DNA of 63,728 nucleotides, filler included, from Folioceros fuciformis (Eukaryota): NCBI GenBank assembly GCA_049999805.1. It is 8 parts of 8 records of this genome, joined end to end, with 100 filler letters (N's around TTAATTAATTAA, not from the genome) between each part and the next. Parts side by side here need not be neighbours in the genome. Positions count along the whole stretch, not along the records: positions 58,906 to 61,483 come from JBNGIO010005663.1; positions 61,584 to 63,728 come from JBNGIO010005665.1; 6 more parts are not named here. One strand, 5' to 3'. Shown piece by piece: positions 58,961 to 63,728 of this stretch (position 1 is its first letter; each line of letters starts with the position of its first letter). The notes under the pieces were generated by a model. It saw only the letters and a program-made list of their open reading frames with translations, ran no database searches and was not told where the DNA came from. The position numbers and the translations under genes were made by a program.

Positions 58961-61483
58961 AGACCCAGAAGCGCCAAGGTACTTGTAATTGGTGCCAAAT
59001 TCTAGGTCATTGGGAGAGGGAGTGCAGGAAGAAGCAAGCTGGTGAGGCTAAGAGGGGGCCCAAGTCTGCCAATACAGTAGTAGCTCCTAAGGCCAAGCAT
59101 CAGTCTAAATCGGAGATTGCTCTTACTGTGTGCCTTATTGCCTCGGCACTCAAGACATCGTGGCTCCTTGACTCTGCGGCTACTGCTCACATTTGCAGTT
59201 CCAAGCATACGTTTACTACCTATGAGGTGTCTACTGATCCACCATGGTACGTGCTCCTAGGAGATGATTCCGGTCTTGCCATCCATGGCATAGGGACTGT
59301 GACTTTCAAGTTAGAAGATAACTCTATCCTTATGCTAAAGAATGTACTACATGTTCCACAAATGGCTAAGAACCTTATCTCCGTTCGTCATCTTTTGCAC
59401 GATGGTCTTTACAAACTAGAGTTTGACAAAGCAGAAACTAGAGCACGGAAACTTGTTTTTGTCGGCAATGGGGAGGACTGCAAGGCTTATAAGTTAGTTG
59501 ATGTTCACTCTCATACTCTGGTCTATGCTCGTACGGTGACCTTTGATGAAGGCTCTGTGCTGTCTCATGGCCCTGTTCTGGACGGTGACGAGGATGACAG
59601 TTCTCTCACTAGTAGTCCTCGTCCTTTGAACAATCTCCATGTTTCCTTTGACTTCACTTCTTCGTCCTTTCCTGTTGATTCTGTTCCAGTGGATCCTTCA
59701 TCTCAAGCAGCTCCAGATTCTCCGGCTTCTGCTCGAGGTTGGGAAGATGAAGCTGAAGAAGTAGAAGATGAAGAAGTAGTTCCAGATCAAGGTCCCATGG
59801 GTACTCCTCCAAAAGTAGATTCTCCTGATGAAATACCTGTACCAGATGTACACATCACGCCTCAGAGGACAGGCGATAGTGTTCCTGAGCGAAGGTATCC
59901 TTCACGTCAAAGACAGCCAAGATATTTGTGGGGTGAAAAACCCTTTGATCTAGAATTTAATCAAGCTGGGTATATTTGTGTTTATCCCACTGTGTATTCT
60001 CTTGCTGTAAGCTCTGCTCTTTCAGAGGGAGATCCTCTCACACTCCGAGAAGCATACTCTAGACCGGATGCTGATAAGTGGAAATTAGCTATTGACGATG
60101 AGTACAACTCTCTAGTCAAAAATAACACTTGGCAATTAGTAGATCTTCCTGCAGGCAGGACTACAGTCAAGTGTAAGTGGGTACTAAAAACCAAGTTTCA
60201 AGAGGTAGAGCCTCGGATAAGATACAAAGCCTGGTTAGTGACCAAGGGTTATAGTCAGCGAGAGGGAGTAGACTATCAGGGTGACCAGGTTTACTCACCT
60301 GTTGTCAAAGCAGCGTCTATAAGGATGCTTCTGGCCCTGTGCGCTGAACTTAACCTTACCATTTATCAACTAGATGTTTGCACAGCCTTCCTGTATGGTC
60401 ATTTAGAAGAAGAAATTTATATGGATCAGCTTGAGGACTATGAGGACAAGAAATATCCTCATAAGGTGTGTAAACTTCTATGTTCCATATATGGGCTTAA
60501 ACAAAGCCCACTCATGTGGTACAAGCGAATTGATACATACCTCAAGAAGATTGGTTTTGTGCAAAGTGAAGCAGATACCAATCTCTATATACTGCGAAAA
60601 GACAGTTCACTTGTTTTAATAGCATTATATGTGGATGACTTGGTCATCCCTGGAAACAATGTGGAGCTGGTTAATCAGATCAAGGTAGATCTCAGTAAAG
60701 AGTTTGAGATGAAAGACCCTGGTCAAGTAAAGTATATTCTAGGAATGCATGTTCATAAAGATAGGTCTACAGGAGCTATCTATCTTCATCAGGGAAGATA
60801 TGTAGCAGGAATGTTGAAGAAGTTAACTTGGAAAATGCACGAGCCGCTGCTACTCCAGGTGCCATTGGTATTAAGCTTTCCTCCTCATCCTGTCCGCAGT
60901 CTGAAGAGGAAAAGAAGGAGATGGAGAGTGTACCATATCAAATGGCAGTAGGCACTCTCATGTTCCTAAGCAACTGGACCAGACCAGATATATCTAACAT
61001 TGTGAATGCAGTTGCACAATTCTCTGAGAATCCAGGAAGAGACCACTGGGTTGCAGTTAAAAGAATAATACGATACCTTAAGGGTACTCCTAATTTTGGT
61101 CTCTGCTACAAACCTAGCGGGAAGAAGCATCTACAGCTCAATTGTTACGTAGATGATGATTGGGCTTCTGATGCTGATACTCGCAAAAGTCTCTCAGCAC
61201 ATTGTTTCCTTGCTGGTTCCACAGTGATAAATTGGTCTTGCAGGAAACAAGCCTCTATTTCTCTATCTTCTACTGAGTCAGAGTACAAAGCTTTGACAGA
61301 AGCAACAAAGGAGGCTGAGTGGGAAAGGAAGTTATGCGAGGATTTGGGAATACTCCAAAAGGGTCCCACCATCCTCAACTGTGATAATATGTCAGCCATT
61401 GCTATGGTGGCTAATCCTGTGTTCCATGCCCGCACTAAGCACATCGAGATCCAACATCATTATGTTCGGGATGCTGCTGAGAG
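58961..61483 (+). mobile_element. Ty1/copia gag-end, PR, RT, RH with the integrase core deleted
   Basis: CNWCQILGHWEREC, WLLDSAATAHIC, YVDD, SSTESEY; frameshift near 60830; preceded by an LTR-end-like stretch (CTCGATCCTAAT). Confidence 0.92.
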
Positions 61484-61583
61484 NNNNNNNNNNNNNNNNN
61501 NNNNNNNNNNNNNNNNNNNNNNNNNNNTTAATTAATTAANNNNNNNNNNNNNNNNNNNNNNNNNNNNNNNNNNNNNNNNNNNN

Positions 61584-62445
61584 AATGTCTGTTGGGTTTG
61601 CAGCTGTTGGCACATACTCCAAATCAATCTATCCATATTTGATCAAGTCACGTATGAAGTGGTAATTGACTTCCACATGTTTGGTTGTGGAGTGAAAGAC
61701 TAGATTGTGAGCAAGACTCATTTATCCTTGATTGTCTGTTTTTATTGTGGCGCAGGTTGGAAGTTGTAATCCAAGTTCTTAAACATCAACTTACATTAAG
61801 CAATTTCCTTTGCAGCACCTGTAAGTACACGATATTCAGCCTCTGTACTTGATAAAGCCACAATAGGCTGTTTTTTACAAGACCAGCAGATTGGTCCTCC
61901 TGCTATCATTACTACATAGCCGAAAACTAATTTTCGTGTATCTATGTCCCCAACATAATCTGAGTCTGTGAAGACATCCAGATGTAAGGGTACTCCAGGT
62001 ATATTTCTATACCTTATGCCAATGTTATGAGTGCCTTTTAGGTATCTGAAAACTCTTTTAACACATGTCCAGTGTGTTTGGCCTGGATTTTCCAGATATT
62101 GTGAAAGCACACTCGTAGCATAAGCCACTTCCGATCTTGTAGTATTTGCAGCATAGATAAGTTTTCCTACAGCTTGTCTATAGGGTACTAATCTCATTTG
62201 ATCCTTTTGTGTTTGTGTTTCAGGACACATTGATTTGCTCATTTTCAGTCCACAAGGTAAAGGAGTAGCTGATGGTTTGGCATCCTTCAAACCAAGCTGT
62301 TCAGTGCCATTTAACAGGTACCGTGGCTGTGTTAAAGAAATAGTCCTTTTCTGCCTGTCAGGCTGAATCAATATACCAAGCAACTTTGTAGAGCACCTAG
62401 GTGTGTCATCTCAAATTTGGTTGATAACACCTTGTTTATGATGTT
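61584..62445 (-). mobile_element. Ty1/copia RT-RNase H fragment
   Basis: KFEMTHLG, VPYRQAVGKL, TDSDYVGD, ALSSTEAEY, FHSTTKHVEVNYHF. Confidence 0.9.
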
Positions 62446-63495
62446 GCCACAAGTGCTCCTGCTGCTCCTGGCAACTACCAGCATCGTCCGAAAACCCGTC
62501 CCTGCCCACACACGTTCTCGTTCTCTGAGGTGGAAGTGCTGGGTTCCTGACACTGCTGCAACTGGACGCTTTGTTTGCAAAGGGTTCACTCCCGGAGCTG
62601 AGGTGAGCGGGGGTTCCTGGTAGAGTCCTTGTACACACACCAATTCCAATTTGTTGGGTCCACAACAGGTCCGGTTGCCAAACTGTGGCCATCGTTCAGG
62701 GACCGCTGTCGGAAGATCACTCTAACAAAAGTCTCGTCTAGGCAGATCCCCGGCCGGGTACACTGTACATATTTATGTATGACCACCACAGCCTGAAGGG
62801 GTGAACCGTGAGCCGTCCTGCCTCAAGGGGTGAACCGTCCTATAATACCTTTGGGCGAGCTGTCGGGCGAGCTGTCGGACTGGTGCTTCAGACCACTCGA
62901 CTATCTGACGGATATTAGGTAGTAACTTTATGTTTCACCTCAGATATACAAAATAATTAACTACTTGTCACCGCCATAAGAAAAACAAGATTTTCATTTA
63001 AGGCTTGTCAACGTTAAGTGCATGCCATCCTACATATCCCAAGATATTTTAAGCGAGCCCTGGTATCACGGTCTCTGTTTCTCATCACGCAGTTGGGTCA
63101 CTTGGTATCTTGAAGGCCGAAACGGCAACGCGGTCCTGGATGTGACTACACGAAGAATTGCCGTGAAGTAAAAGTCTAGATATGTGCCTCGCACTGCCTG
63201 GATTGTGATTGGGGTTGCTAGTTTCACCTGCTTCCTGTGAACTGCCAAGCTCTTGTGCCTTCATACTCCTCGGCATACTGGCTACCTATGTGCTTTCACC
63301 TGCACTGTCCAGCATCATATACATGCGGCAGTTTTGGAAGGAGAAGGAGTTGACGAGACCCTGCAAAGCACGTGTACAACGTGCTCATCATAAAGAGTGT
63401 GCAGGAGTGCAGGGAAAACATGCTAGGCTTGCTACAAAGTTGTAAAGTACCTGGTCCCACAGAGCGAAATGCCCTCAACTGCACGATCATACAAT

Positions 63496-63541
63496 TCTTC
63501 TTCTTCTCCTTCTTCTTCTTCTTCTCCGTCTTCTTCTTCTT
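63496..63541. repeat. (CTT)n microsatellite
   Basis: Imperfect TTC run. Confidence 0.85.
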
Positions 63542-63728
63542 GTTAGGGGAACACCGGTACTTGCCACCAAGAAGAATCTGCACACCACTAGGAATCCGCC
63601 TGCAACTGGCTACACTCACTTCTTCACTTTTCTCATGGTCGACCCTTACAACTGCAACAACCATTTGCGAATCGATGCACCCGGTACCCATCCCTCACAA
63701 CAATGTCTCTCTGCTCAAGCCTCGACAT

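Overview
Plant nuclear DNA made of eight contigs joined by 100-nt N spacers that each contain a TTAATTAATTAA linker, so adjacency across gaps is not established. The short-intron genes and TE types suggest a non-seed land plant (inference). One gene island (~12.9-27.5 kb) holds a CYP85-clan P450, DRG1 GTPase, a myosin-TH1-only protein, BIN4 and an unknown spliced gene. Most of the rest is TE: many nested, decayed Ty1/copia copies, one young intact Ty3/gypsy, a chromovirus remnant, a Harbinger, a MULE/SWIM and a CRE-like LINE fragment. Most notable: (1) a copia family with two conserved extra ORFs between PBS and gag, giving three ORFs spaced only 8-11 nt apart; (2) the intact gypsy has non-canonical AG...CT termini, and its gag and pol are in frame across a UGA-CGG stop with a hairpin 8 nt downstream (readthrough signature); (3) an intronless Crinkler-type Ubl + NTPase + restriction-endonuclease gene. 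All calls were made by eye, without database searches.
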